Source of the DNA: Planctomycetota bacterium
GTDB lineage: Bacteria > Planctomycetota > JAJSAM01 > JAJVHW01
DNA length: 64,000 nt
NCBI GenBank assembly: GCA_965248445.1
Contig: CBDFJG010000001.1
Span: 32,001-96,000 of the forward strand
Reading direction: 5' to 3'
The notes under the pieces were generated by a model, which saw only the letters and a program-made list of their open reading frames with translations, had not been told where the DNA came from and searched no databases. Positions 1 to 9,406 of the stretch are shown here, piece by piece (position 1 is the first letter of the stretch; every line of letters begins with the position of its first letter). A program made the translations under genes and the position numbers.

Positions 1-1562
1 GTAGCCCGCAGGGGACCCTCTTCGCGGGCATCTGTGGACGCACCGCGGTGACGCGCTTCGACGCCGGTACCGTGACGAGCGACGGGGGCGTGCTGCTGCT
101 CGAGCGGGTCGATCGTCGCATCGATCTGCTCTCGCGGTTTGCGCGCTGCTTCGGGGACCACCGGGACCCGCGTCGGGTCGAGCACACGGTCGGCCAGATG
201 CTGCGTCAGCGGGTCTTCGGGCTGTGCGCGGGCTACGAGGATCTGGTGGACCACGACCATGTCGGCAAGGACCCGCTGTTTGCCGCGGCGTGCGGCAAGC
301 GCGAGGGTGCTCTGGCCACGCACCCGACGCTCTCGCGGCTCGAGACCACGCAGCTCGGCGCCACGGCACAGACGCGCTACGCCAAGATCGAGATGGACCA
401 GGAGCGCGTGGACAGCGTGCTCAGCGACGTCTTCTGCGAGGCCATGGGGCCGGAGGATCCGGGCCTGCTCGTGCTGGACCTGGACCACTCCGACGTGCGG
501 CTGCACGGCCGGCAGGAGGGCCGCTTCTTCCACGGCTACTACGGGCACTACTGCTACCTGCCGCTGTACGTCTTCTGCGGCGAGCACCTCTTGCTCGCTC
601 GGCTCCAGACCGCTGACAGAGATCCCGCGCGCGGAGTCGTGGACGAGCTCCGTGCGCTGGTCTTACGTCTGCGGCGCCGCTGGCCCCGGGCCAAGGTGCT
701 CGTGCGCGCAGACTCGGGCTTTTGCCGCGAGGAGCTGATGGCCTGGTGCGAGGCCGCCGGCCACTTCTACCTGCTGGGCATGGCGCGCAATGAGCGCCTT
801 GAGCGACACGTCGAAGACGCGCTCGATGAGGCCGCAGCCCGTGCCGTGCAGACCGGCCGAGCAGCCCGGGTCTTTCGCGACTTTGCCTGGACCACGCTGG
901 GGAGCTGGAGCCAGAGGCGTCGCGTGGTCGCCAAGGCCGAGCACCTGCCGGGCGGCAAGCGCAATCCCCGCTTCGTGGTGACCAATCTGCCGCCTCGTAG
1001 CTGGAGCAGCAAGCGTCTCTACGAGCAGCTCTACTGCGCCCGGGGCGAGGCGGAGAATCGCATCAAGGAGCAGCAGCTCGAGCTCTTCGGCACCCGTCTG
1101 TCGGTGCACACGATGCAGGGCAACGCCGTGCGGATGGCCATGTCGGCCATGGCCTACGTCCTGACCTGTGCGCTGCGACGCATCGGTCTCGCCGGCACCG
1201 AGATGGCGCGTGCGCAAGCCGGCACGATCCGCCTGCGGCTGCTCAAGATCGGCGCGCTCGTGCGGATCACGACGCGCCGGATCTGGGTCTCGATGTCCTC
1301 GTCGTGGCCCTGGCAGCACGTCTTCGAGCGCTGCGCGCAACGACTGCTGGCATCCCCGAAGCCGACCTGACGTCCCGCCGCGCCGTCCGCCACACCACCG
1401 CCCGGCCTACGGTCTGCCCACACCGCAGAATCCGCGCCGTTTCGGCCGCTCACTCGCGTTGCCCTTGTGGCAACGACGACAGCATCCGCCCTCGCCTGGC
1501 CAAGATCTGACCCTGTGGACTCCGAAAGCACCGTCATCGCGACGTCTCGTGAACAGATGCGG
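1..1562 (+). mobile_element. IS1380-family insertion sequence, type A copy 1 (left end outside the window)
   Basis: Near-identical to the corresponding part of 7738-9406; right end GTGAACAGATGCGG followed by CTAG (1563-1566). Confidence 0.93.
48..1370 (+). CDS. IS1380-family DDE transposase (true start probably just before the window, as in copy 2)
   Basis: Motifs TSDGG.LL, GYED..DHD, LDLD, FFHGYY..YCYLPL, RADSGF, LYCARGEAENRIKE, TIRLRLLKIGA. Confidence 0.95.
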   Translation: MTRFDAGTVTSDGGVLLLERVDRRIDLLSRFARCFGDHRDPRRVEHTVGQMLRQRVFGLCAGYEDLVDHDHVGKDPLFAAACGKREGALATHPTLSRLETTQLGATAQTRYAKIEMDQERVDSVLSDVFCEAMGPEDPGLLVLDLDHSDVRLHGRQEGRFFHGYYGHYCYLPLYVFCGEHLLLARLQTADRDPARGVVDELRALVLRLRRRWPRAKVLVRADSGFCREELMAWCEAAGHFYLLGMARNERLERHVEDALDEAAARAVQTGRAARVFRDFAWTTLGSWSQRRRVVAKAEHLPGGKRNPRFVVTNLPPRSWSSKRLYEQLYCARGEAENRIKEQQLELFGTRLSVHTMQGNAVRMAMSAMAYVLTCALRRIGLAGTEMARAQAGTIRLRLLKIGALVRITTRRIWVSMSSSWPWQHVFERCAQRLLASPKPT

Positions 1563-1566
1563 CTAG

Positions 1567-3262
1567 CCTGCATAATTCATCATGCCACGCCCGGAACGTA
1601 GATTCGGGCGCACCGCGCATTGCATAAACTGTTGTTAGAGCAATAGTTACACAGATGCGAGAGGTACGCCCGAGTGACGAATTCTACCCCACACACTGTC
1701 CGGTTTCCCGATCTCTTCGGGAAGGTCACCACGGCCGTGTTCGACGGCGAAGCGCACACGTCCGAGGGAGGCGCGGGACTGCTGCGCGCGGTGGACCGTC
1801 GAATGGGAGTGACCGCAGGTCTGGCTGCGCTGTTGGTGGATCGTCGTGACCCGACGCGGGTGCAGCACTCGTTGGAGGAGCTCTTTCGGCAGCGCGTCTT
1901 CTCGATCGGCCTGGGCTACAGCGACCAGAACGACGCGGCTCGCGTGGGCACCGACCCGATGCTCAAGGGGGTCACGGGCCGCGCGCCGATCAAGGGCGCC
2001 GACCTGGCGTCTCAGGCGACGCTGTCGCGCTTCGAGAACGCGGTCACGGCGCACGAGCTCGTGGCCTTGTCGCGCAAGCTCGAGGAGGACGTGATCGAGC
2101 GTCTTTGCGCTCGCCACCGGGGGGCCCGGCGCATCACGATCGACATGGACCCGAGCTGTGACCCGACCCACGGTGCACAGCAGGGAGCGCTCTTCAACGG
2201 CTTCTACGACACGTGGTGCTACCTGCCGGTTTTCGGCTTCCTCACGGTCGACGGCGATCCGGAGCAGTACCTTTTCTGTGCGCGGCTGCGGCCGGGCAAC
2301 GCGAAGGAGGGCCGCACGTCGCTGCGGACGATCCGCCGGATGGTGAAGCGACTTCGGCGTGCGTTTCCGCGCACGCAGATCCTCGTGCGCCTGGACAGCG
2401 GCTTCGCCGGCTCGCGGCTCTTCGACGCGCTGGACGAACTCGGCGTGAAGTACGTGGTCGGGATGCCCAAGAACAAGCGGCTCCTGGATCTGTGCGACGC
2501 CGAGATGACAGCGGCTGCGGTGCTGGCGGCGATGGAAGACAAGACGGCGCAGATCTACGGCGACTGCGAGTACCGGGCGAAGAGCTGGAGCAGGTCCCGC
2601 CGCGTGGTCTTCAAGGCGCAAGTGCTGGTCGCCACCGGGAAGGTGAACAAGGACAACGCGCGCTTCGTGGTCACCAACGTCTCGCGCAGCTACAAGCCCG
2701 AGACGACCTACTGCAAGACCTACTGCGGTCGCGGCGACGCCGAGAACCGCATCAAGGAACTCAAGGGTGGCCTGGCGGTGGATCGCACGAGCAACTCGAG
2801 CTTCCTGGCGAACCAGTTCCGCGTGCTGATGACCGCGGCGGCCTACGTACTCTTCCAGGAGTTACGCTACCAGTTGCGCGGCACCACGGCCGCAGTCTGG
2901 CAGGTGCACACGATCCGCGAACGGCTGCTCAAGATCGGCGCCCGCGTCGTGGAATCGGTGCGCCGCGTCGTCGTGCATCTCGCGGCGGCCTGCCCATGGC
3001 GCGAGCTGTGGTGCCGCGTCGCGCGAAGGCTCGGCGCTGCGCCGGTCTGAGCGCAGCCGATGGCCAGAAGAACGACACGCTTCCGGCTACCGGTCCGTCC
3101 AGACCTCGTCCGCGCGGCGGCAAATGGACTTGAACGCCCCCTCGGAACGAAGATCCCGCCGTCCGAGACCCCGCCGACCTCGGTGAACGCCGCAAGTCGA
3201 GCGCCCGGGCGCTCGGACCGGCCGAGGGACGCCATCGCGAGCGTCGTCATGAATAGTGCGGG
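1567..3262 (+). mobile_element. IS1380-family insertion sequence, type B (1696 bp)
   Basis: Imperfect terminal inverted repeats CCTGCATAATTCAT / ATGAATAGTGCGGG, flanked by CTAG at 1563-1566 and 3263-3266. Confidence 0.92.
1674..3050 (+). CDS. IS1380-family DDE transposase (distinct from type A)
   Basis: TSEGG..LL, LASQATLSRFEN, IDMD, FNGFY..CYLP, RLDSGF, YCGRGDAENRIKELK, SFLANQFR motifs. Confidence 0.95.
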   Translation: MTNSTPHTVRFPDLFGKVTTAVFDGEAHTSEGGAGLLRAVDRRMGVTAGLAALLVDRRDPTRVQHSLEELFRQRVFSIGLGYSDQNDAARVGTDPMLKGVTGRAPIKGADLASQATLSRFENAVTAHELVALSRKLEEDVIERLCARHRGARRITIDMDPSCDPTHGAQQGALFNGFYDTWCYLPVFGFLTVDGDPEQYLFCARLRPGNAKEGRTSLRTIRRMVKRLRRAFPRTQILVRLDSGFAGSRLFDALDELGVKYVVGMPKNKRLLDLCDAEMTAAAVLAAMEDKTAQIYGDCEYRAKSWSRSRRVVFKAQVLVATGKVNKDNARFVVTNVSRSYKPETTYCKTYCGRGDAENRIKELKGGLAVDRTSNSSFLANQFRVLMTAAAYVLFQELRYQLRGTTAAVWQVHTIRERLLKIGARVVESVRRVVVHLAAACPWRELWCRVARRLGAAPV

Positions 3263-3293
3263 CTAGCTAGATGCCGCTAGAACCACGAGCAAC

Positions 3294-3339
3294 GTTCACA
3301 CGGTGGAAGTCACTGGTTCAAATCCAGTACGGCCCACCA
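3294..3339 (+). pseudogene. 3' half of tRNA-Val(CAC), probable att-site remnant
   Basis: TTCACAC-GGTGG-AAGTC-ACTGG-TTCAAAT-CCAGT-ACGGCCC-ACCA gives the anticodon loop, 3' anticodon stem, complete T-arm, acceptor 3' strand and CCA; no 5' half or D-arm upstream. Confidence 0.8.
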
Positions 3340-3401
3340 TTACGCGCCGAAGTCCCAGGGGGGGGCTTCGACCGCGCCGTGCCCCTCTGGTTGACCCAGT
3401 G

Positions 3402-3768
3402 ATGGACTTCGTCGAGGTTGCTTCGGACGCTCTGCGTCCTCGGCTCTGTCGCTCGCTTTGCTCGCTCCTGTCAAATCCAGTACGGCCCGCGCACCGCAGG
3501 TTGAACCGAGCAAGCGAAGCGAGCGAGGTAGCCGAGATGGAGCCACGGACGCGGCCAGCGCGGCTGGCGTCCCCAATCATCGGAGGCCCCAGCAACGCGA
3601 GGGCAAGCCCGCTTAGCGAGGCGCAGCAACCGAGTGAATGGACTTCGTCGAGGTTGCTGCGCCGACTTCGTCGGCTTGCCCTCGCTCCGCTCGGGCCTTC
3701 GGACGCTGCGCGTCCTCGGCTCTGTCGCTCGCCTTGCTCGCTCCCGTCGAATCCAGTGCGGCCCACCA
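3402..3768 (+). repeat. Two tRNA-linked direct repeats (3402-3488 and 3638-3768), each ending in a copy of the tRNA T-loop/acceptor end
   Basis: Shared ATGGACTTCGTCGAGGTTGCT...TCGGACGCT..GCGTCCTCGGCTCTGTCGCTCGC.TTGCTCGCTCC.GTC.AATCCAGT.CGGCCC; copy 2 has an insert of about 40 nt. Confidence 0.85.
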
Positions 3769-3847
3769 GAGAGCGGTGGATCCGAGGTGGCGGGAACTCG
3801 CTCGCATCCTGAGTCGAACCACTCCTGACTCGGTACGCTCTCGGACG

Positions 3848-5185
3848 ATGTCCGGTACGCGCGAACCAGCTGAGGGAGCGGAGAACGCCGAGCAGGCGGA
3901 GGTCGGTCAACTCTCCCGGCCGCGCAAGGTGCTCTACGCGGGCTGCGTCGTGTTCGGCTGCCTGGTCGCAATCGAGGGCGCTGCGCGGCTGCTCGTGCTG
4001 GCGGATGTGCTCGAACCCGCGCCCAGGATCGCGGTTCGCGAGGCCTGGGCACTCGAGGGCTGGGAGGTCGATTCCCTCCTCGGCTGGAGACTGCTGCCGG
4101 ACACGTCGAGCATTCGCGGCGGCGGACGCTGCGTGACGAACTCGTTCGGTCAGCGCGATCACGAGTTGCCGAGGGAGAAACCTCGCGGCGAGTTCCGGAT
4201 GCTGTCGATCGGAGACTCGACCGCGCTCGGCTACGGAGTGAGCGAACGCGAGGCGTATGCGGGCGCTCTCGAAGACCTGTTGCGCGAGAAGACAGGGCGA
4301 CCGGTCGAGGTCATCAACGCCGGCGTGCCCGGCTACACGAGCGCGCAGGCGCTGCTCTATCTCGAGCATCGCGGTCTGTCATTCGACCCGGATGCCGTGA
4401 TCGTCCAGGTCAACTTCAACGACCGGCGGGCGGTTCCGCCGGGCGATTCATCGGACTCGCCCGGTCGGTTCGTCTCGATCGAGAGAACACTGCGACTGCG
4501 GGAGTCGCTGGACTACTCGATGACGATGCGCCTGATGCGAGGCAGTCCAGACCCGGATGACGACAATGACGACGAGGGCCGCTGGTTCGAAGCCGTCAGC
4601 AACGACTTCCGGGAAGTCGAGGTGGACTCGCCCGCGCGCGTGTCGCTAGAGCAATACGAGGAGAACATTCGCGCGATCGTCCGGCTCTCGAAGCGGCACG
4701 GCGCCGATGTCTATTTGATCGGATTGCCGGACTACCCGGATCTCGCAGCCAACGTGCGCCGGGCCGGAGAAGCAGCCGCGGCTGGCGATTGGGACTTGGC
4801 GGAGAAGGAACTCGCGGACGAAGTCTGGTTCGGCGGGAGCGAGATCTACCGGCTGGTGCGTCAGAAGCTGGTCAACCGCATCCACGTAGAAGCTGGTCGG
4901 CCCGGCGCGGTGCAGGAGAAGATCCCCGTCAACCTCGATTGGACGTCAGCAGACGGTTATCTGCCCACCGAGTTGAGCGGCCGCTACATCGACTTGCTGC
5001 GACGTCTGGGCGAGGAGTTCGATGCAACGGTGATCGTGCCGCACCCGGTCGCGGACTCCGGCGAGATCTACCTGGATTACATCCATCTGAATGCGATCGG
5101 TCACCGCCAGGTGGCGCACGGCCTCGCGACGGCAATCGCGCGATCCGACGCGTTCAAGATGACACCCCGGGGTAGCGGTGACTGA
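3848..5185 (+). CDS. Membrane-anchored SGNH/GDSL hydrolase family protein
   Basis: N-terminal TM helix; blocks GDSTALGYG, VINAGVPGY, VNFND, DYIHLNAIGH. Confidence 0.85.
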   Translation: MSGTREPAEGAENAEQAEVGQLSRPRKVLYAGCVVFGCLVAIEGAARLLVLADVLEPAPRIAVREAWALEGWEVDSLLGWRLLPDTSSIRGGGRCVTNSFGQRDHELPREKPRGEFRMLSIGDSTALGYGVSEREAYAGALEDLLREKTGRPVEVINAGVPGYTSAQALLYLEHRGLSFDPDAVIVQVNFNDRRAVPPGDSSDSPGRFVSIERTLRLRESLDYSMTMRLMRGSPDPDDDNDDEGRWFEAVSNDFREVEVDSPARVSLEQYEENIRAIVRLSKRHGADVYLIGLPDYPDLAANVRRAGEAAAAGDWDLAEKELADEVWFGGSEIYRLVRQKLVNRIHVEAGRPGAVQEKIPVNLDWTSADGYLPTELSGRYIDLLRRLGEEFDATVIVPHPVADSGEIYLDYIHLNAIGHRQVAHGLATAIARSDAFKMTPRGSGD

Positions 5186-7590
5186 CGCGGAGAGCGACCC
5201 TCGCGACCCCCGCGACCCGGCAGCCGGTTCGCCGGGACGCAGCAGGCGGTACGTCGTCCCGGCGGTCCTCGCGGGATCTGTGGTCGTGTTCCTGTGGGAT
5301 TGCCTGTTGGCCGGGCGGTCATTCGTGCTGCGCGACGCCGTGTTCGACTTCCTGCCGTGGCGCCGCTTCGCCGCGGGAGCCGCACGCGACGGGCATGTGC
5401 CGCTCTGGAATCCGTTGTCCCGGTTCGGTCAGCCGTTCGTCGCGGAGCCGCAATCGGGTTTCTTCTACCTGCCCCACCACCTCTTCGACTTCCTGCCTGC
5501 GGCCGCGGCATTTGACCTGACGATCGCGCTGCACCTCTTCGTCGCCGCCATCGGCACCTACGGACTGCTCCGCCGCTTCGACGCAGCAAAGGAGGCAGCG
5601 GTGCTCGCGGCCTTCGTGTTCGCGTTCGGCACGTACTTCACCGTCAACCTCGAGTTCATGAGCGTGATGGATACGCTCGCGTGGGCGCCGCTCACGATCC
5701 TCCTGGTCTGTCGCGTCGGCGACGGGGGCAACATGCGACGGGTCGCGGCTCGAACGCTCGTCCTGACGTTCGTCCTCGCACTCCAGATCTTCGCCGGACA
5801 GATCCAGGTGATGGCGTTCACGTGCGTCGCGGCACTGACCTACGCGATCGCTGCCGGCGTGGCCGAGAAGCGACGCGGCGCGGCCCTCGCGTCGTCCGTC
5901 GGGCTGGTCGCAGCGGCACTGCTTGCGGCCGGACTCGCGCTCGTCCAGGTGCTGCCGACGCTCGATCTCCTGCCCCACTCGATTCGCGCCGGCGGCGTGG
6001 ATCCGGGACTCGACATCGCGTCGATGTCGCCGCGCCATCTGGCAACTGTCGTGTTTCCGTTCGCATTCGGGGGTCCCGGCACGGGGAACTGGTGGGGTGT
6101 CACGCTGTCCGAGTTCTGGATGGGCTGTTTCCACGTCGGGCTGACGCCGCTCGTCGCCGCCGCGTTCGTTGCTCTAGGACGGCGACGCGGCACGGCGGCG
6201 ACGGGTGCAGCAGCGGCGAGCGCGGTCTTGCTGATCGCCGGCCTGCTCGTCGCGATGGGCAAGTACACGCCGGTGTACGGCTGGCTCCAGGCCCTGCCGA
6301 CGGCTGAGCTCGTGCGCTGGCCCGCGAAGGGACTTCAGTTGGTCGCGATTGCGATCGCCGTCCTCGCGGGTCTTGGTTTCGATGCGCTCCTCGCGCGGCG
6401 GGAGTCGACGTCGGGCCGCATCGACCGGGGCACACTCGCGGTCCTCTCCGTCGCAGGCGTGCTCGCGTTGGTGCTCATCGCCGCCGCGGCCAAGGACGGC
6501 GCGGCCACGGTCTCGGCGTTCACCGGGGGTGCGCCCGAGGGGACGGACACGGGGTTTCTAGCAGAGGACGCACGGCGCTCCGCCGCGTTCCTCGTCCTCG
6601 GCGTGCTCGCGCTGGCCGCAGCGGCGCTTCGCACAGTCCCCCGCGCGGTCGGCGTCGGCCTCGTGCTCACCGTGAGCTTCGCAAATCTCTACATCCTAAG
6701 CCGCGAGATCCAGTTCGTCGGCGACGACGCCCTGCTGGACCTCCCACCGCCCGTCCTCGCCGAACAGTCGGCCGACGGCGTCGAAGCGCGCGTGCACTCG
6801 GATCTACTTCCTCGCGGGGTTCGATCTCTACGGCTCGCGCGACGAAGAGGCGTACCGAACGGCGGCCGCCGTGCTCGCGGGCAATACGGGCCTCCCTCAT
6901 GGGATCGCATCAACGTGCCCGGGCGACGCGCTCCTGCTGCAGCGGCCCGACCAGGTAGTCGGCGTACTGGCCGGGCTGCCCGACGGGCCGCGCGGGCGGC
7001 TTGCCGACGTTCTCTCGATCGGCCGCGAGGTCCGCGGTCAGCCGTTCGCCGACTTGCTCCAGGAACTGCGCGCGAATCCGCGGACCGCCCTGCCGGCGTT
7101 CGTGGCGCGGCCGAGCGCACTGCCGCGGGCCTACCTCGTGGGACGCTGGGAGACGATCGAGGAGCCGTCCGCGGCACTCGCCCGTCTGCTCGAACCGTCG
7201 TTCGATCCGCGACACCAGGCGATCGAGGACCCCACAACCGGCCGGCCGCCACTCCCGCCCTCGGGGACCGACTCACGTTCTGCACCGGGTAGCGTCGGTG
7301 GGGTCAGCCACGACTGGAACCGCGTGGACATCGACGTCGACGTCGACGCTCACTGCCTCCTGGTTCTCACCGAGACGTGGCTGCCGGGATGGACGGTCAA
7401 AGTGGACGGCGAGGAGCGACCGCTCGCTCGCGTGAACGTGATTTTCCGCGGCGTAGCGCTTAGCCCGGGCGACCGGCTGGTGGCGATGGTCTACGCGCCG
7501 TCGTCGTTCCGAACTGGCGCCATCGTCAGCGTCCTGTTGCTCGTCGTGCTCGGAACGGCGTTCGTCTGGTGCCGACGAGCCGGCCCGTAG
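5178..7590 (+). pseudogene. YfhO-like multi-pass membrane protein (GT-C-like), frameshifted near 6800
   Basis: PLWNP...GQPFVAEPQSGFFY at the N-terminus and LVLTETWLPGW.V.VDG....L.RVNVIFRGV...G...V...YAP at the C-terminus lie in different frames; removing one G at 6800-6801 joins them. Confidence 0.75.
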
Positions 7591-7596
7591 CCGCCG

Positions 7597-7737
7597 TCAC
7601 CAGCGAAGCCGCGGCTCGTCGACGATCCACTTCGCGATCGCGCCCGCGGCGATCTCGTGAGCGTGGCCGTTCGGGTGGTGGTCGAGCGTGTGGACGTGCA
7701 GAGAATTCGCGTTCATGCCGTCGAACGCGGGCGCTAG
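7597..7737 (-). pseudogene. Detached 3' end of the IS-interrupted SGNH hydrolase
   Basis: Minus strand reads LAPAFDGMNANSLHVHTLDHHPNGHAHEIAAGAIAKWIVDEPRLRW*, containing the SGNH block V DxHPN; in frame with 9407-10397 across the CTAG duplication. Confidence 0.85.
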
Positions 7738-9406
7738 CCCGAATCGTTCACCAGCCGGGAATCTGAGCGGGCCGTCGTCTGTCTAAGTGCTCGTACTCGC
7801 TAGTACTTGCACCGACAGGAGCGCCGGCCCGATGACGACAGACTGTAGCCCGCAGGGGACCCTCTTCGCGGGCATCTGTGGACGCACCGCGGTGACGCGC
7901 TTCGACGCCGGTACCGTGACGAGCGACGGGGGCGTGCTGCTGCTCGAGCGGACCGATCGTCGCATCGATCTGCTCTCGCGGTTTGCGCGCTGCTTCGGGG
8001 ACCACCGGGACCCGCGTCGGGTCGAGCACACGGTCGGCCAGATGCTGCGTCAGCGGGTCTTCGGGCTGTGCGCGGGCTACGAGGATCTGGTGGACCACGA
8101 CCATGTCGGCAAGGACCCGCTGTTTGCCGCGGCGTGCGGCAAGCGCGAGGGTGCTCTGGCCACGCACCCGACGCTCTCGCGGCTCGAGACCACGCAGCTC
8201 GGCGCCACGGCACAGACGCGCTACGCCAAGATCGAGATGGACCAGGAGCGCGTGGACAGCGTGCTCAGCGACGTCTTCTGCGAGGCCATGGGGCCGGAGG
8301 ATCCGGGCCTGCTCGTGCTGGACCTGGACCACTCCGACGTGCGGCTGCACGGCCGGCAGGAGGGCCGCTTCTTCCACGGCTACTACGGGCACTACTGCTA
8401 CCTGCCGCTGTACGTCTTCTGCGGCGAGCACCTCTTGCTCGCTCGGCTCCAGACCGCTGACAGAGATCCCGCGCGCGGAGTCGTGGACGAGCTCCGTGCG
8501 CTGGTCTTACGTCTGCGGCGCCGCTGGCCCCGGGCCAAGGTGCTCGTGCGCGCAGACTCGGGCTTTTGCCGCGAGGAGCTGATGGCCTGGTGCGAGGCCG
8601 CCGGCCACTTCTACCTGCTGGGCATGGCGCGCAATGAGCGCCTTGAGCGACACGTCGAAGACGCGCTCGATGAGGCCGCAGCCCGTGCCGTGCAGACCGG
8701 CCGAGCAGCCCGGGTCTTTCGCGACTTTGCCTGGACCACGCTGGGGAGCTGGAGCCAGAGGCGTCGCGTGGTCGCCAAGGCCGAGCACCTGCCGGGCGGC
8801 AAGCGCAATCCCCGCTTCGTGGTGACCAATCTGCCGCCTCGTAGCTGGAGCAGCAAGCGTCTCTACGAGCAGCTCTACTGCGCCCGGGGCGAGGCGGAGA
8901 ATCGCATCAAGGAGCAGCAGCTCGAGCTCTTCGGCACCCGTCTGTCGGTGCACACGATGCAGGGCAACGCCGTGCGGATGGCCATGTCGGCCATGGCCTA
9001 CGTCCTGACCTGTGCGCTGCGACGCATCGGTCTCGCCGGCACCGAGATGGCGCGTGCGCAAGCCGGCACGATCCGCCTGCGGCTGCTCAAGATCGGCGCG
9101 CTCGTGCGGATCACGACGCGCCGGATCTGGGTCTCGATGTCCTCGTCGTGGCCCTGGCAGCACGTCTTCGAGCGCTGCGCGCAACGACTGCTGGCATCCC
9201 CGAAGCCGACCTGACGTCCCGCCGCGCCGTCCGCCACACCACCGCCCGGCCTACGGTCTGCCCACACCGCAGAATCCGCGCCGTTTCGGCCGCTCACTCG
9301 CGTTGCCCTTGTGGCAACGACGACAGCATCCGCCCTCGCCTGGCCAAGATCTGACCCTGTGGACTCCGAAAGCACCGTCATCGCGACGTCTCGTGAACAG
9401 ATGCGG
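7738..9406 (+). mobile_element. IS1380-family insertion sequence, type A copy 2, complete (1669 bp)
   Basis: Imperfect inverted repeats CCCGAATCGTTCAC / GTGAACAGATGCGG; CTAG direct repeat at 7734-7737 and 9407-9410. Confidence 0.95.
7832..9214 (+). CDS. IS1380-family DDE transposase
   Basis: Same protein as 48-1370 except RTD versus RVD; probable start MTTDCSPQ. Confidence 0.95.
   Translation: MTTDCSPQGTLFAGICGRTAVTRFDAGTVTSDGGVLLLERTDRRIDLLSRFARCFGDHRDPRRVEHTVGQMLRQRVFGLCAGYEDLVDHDHVGKDPLFAAACGKREGALATHPTLSRLETTQLGATAQTRYAKIEMDQERVDSVLSDVFCEAMGPEDPGLLVLDLDHSDVRLHGRQEGRFFHGYYGHYCYLPLYVFCGEHLLLARLQTADRDPARGVVDELRALVLRLRRRWPRAKVLVRADSGFCREELMAWCEAAGHFYLLGMARNERLERHVEDALDEAAARAVQTGRAARVFRDFAWTTLGSWSQRRRVVAKAEHLPGGKRNPRFVVTNLPPRSWSSKRLYEQLYCARGEAENRIKEQQLELFGTRLSVHTMQGNAVRMAMSAMAYVLTCALRRIGLAGTEMARAQAGTIRLRLLKIGALVRITTRRIWVSMSSSWPWQHVFERCAQRLLASPKPT

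Noticed and set aside
3260..3339. Complete tRNA-Val gene
   Set aside because: No 5' acceptor strand (GGGCCGT), D-arm or 5' anticodon stem upstream.
3340..3770. CRISPR array
   Set aside because: Only two long, diverged units ending in tRNA sequence; no regular repeat-spacer pattern and no cas genes.
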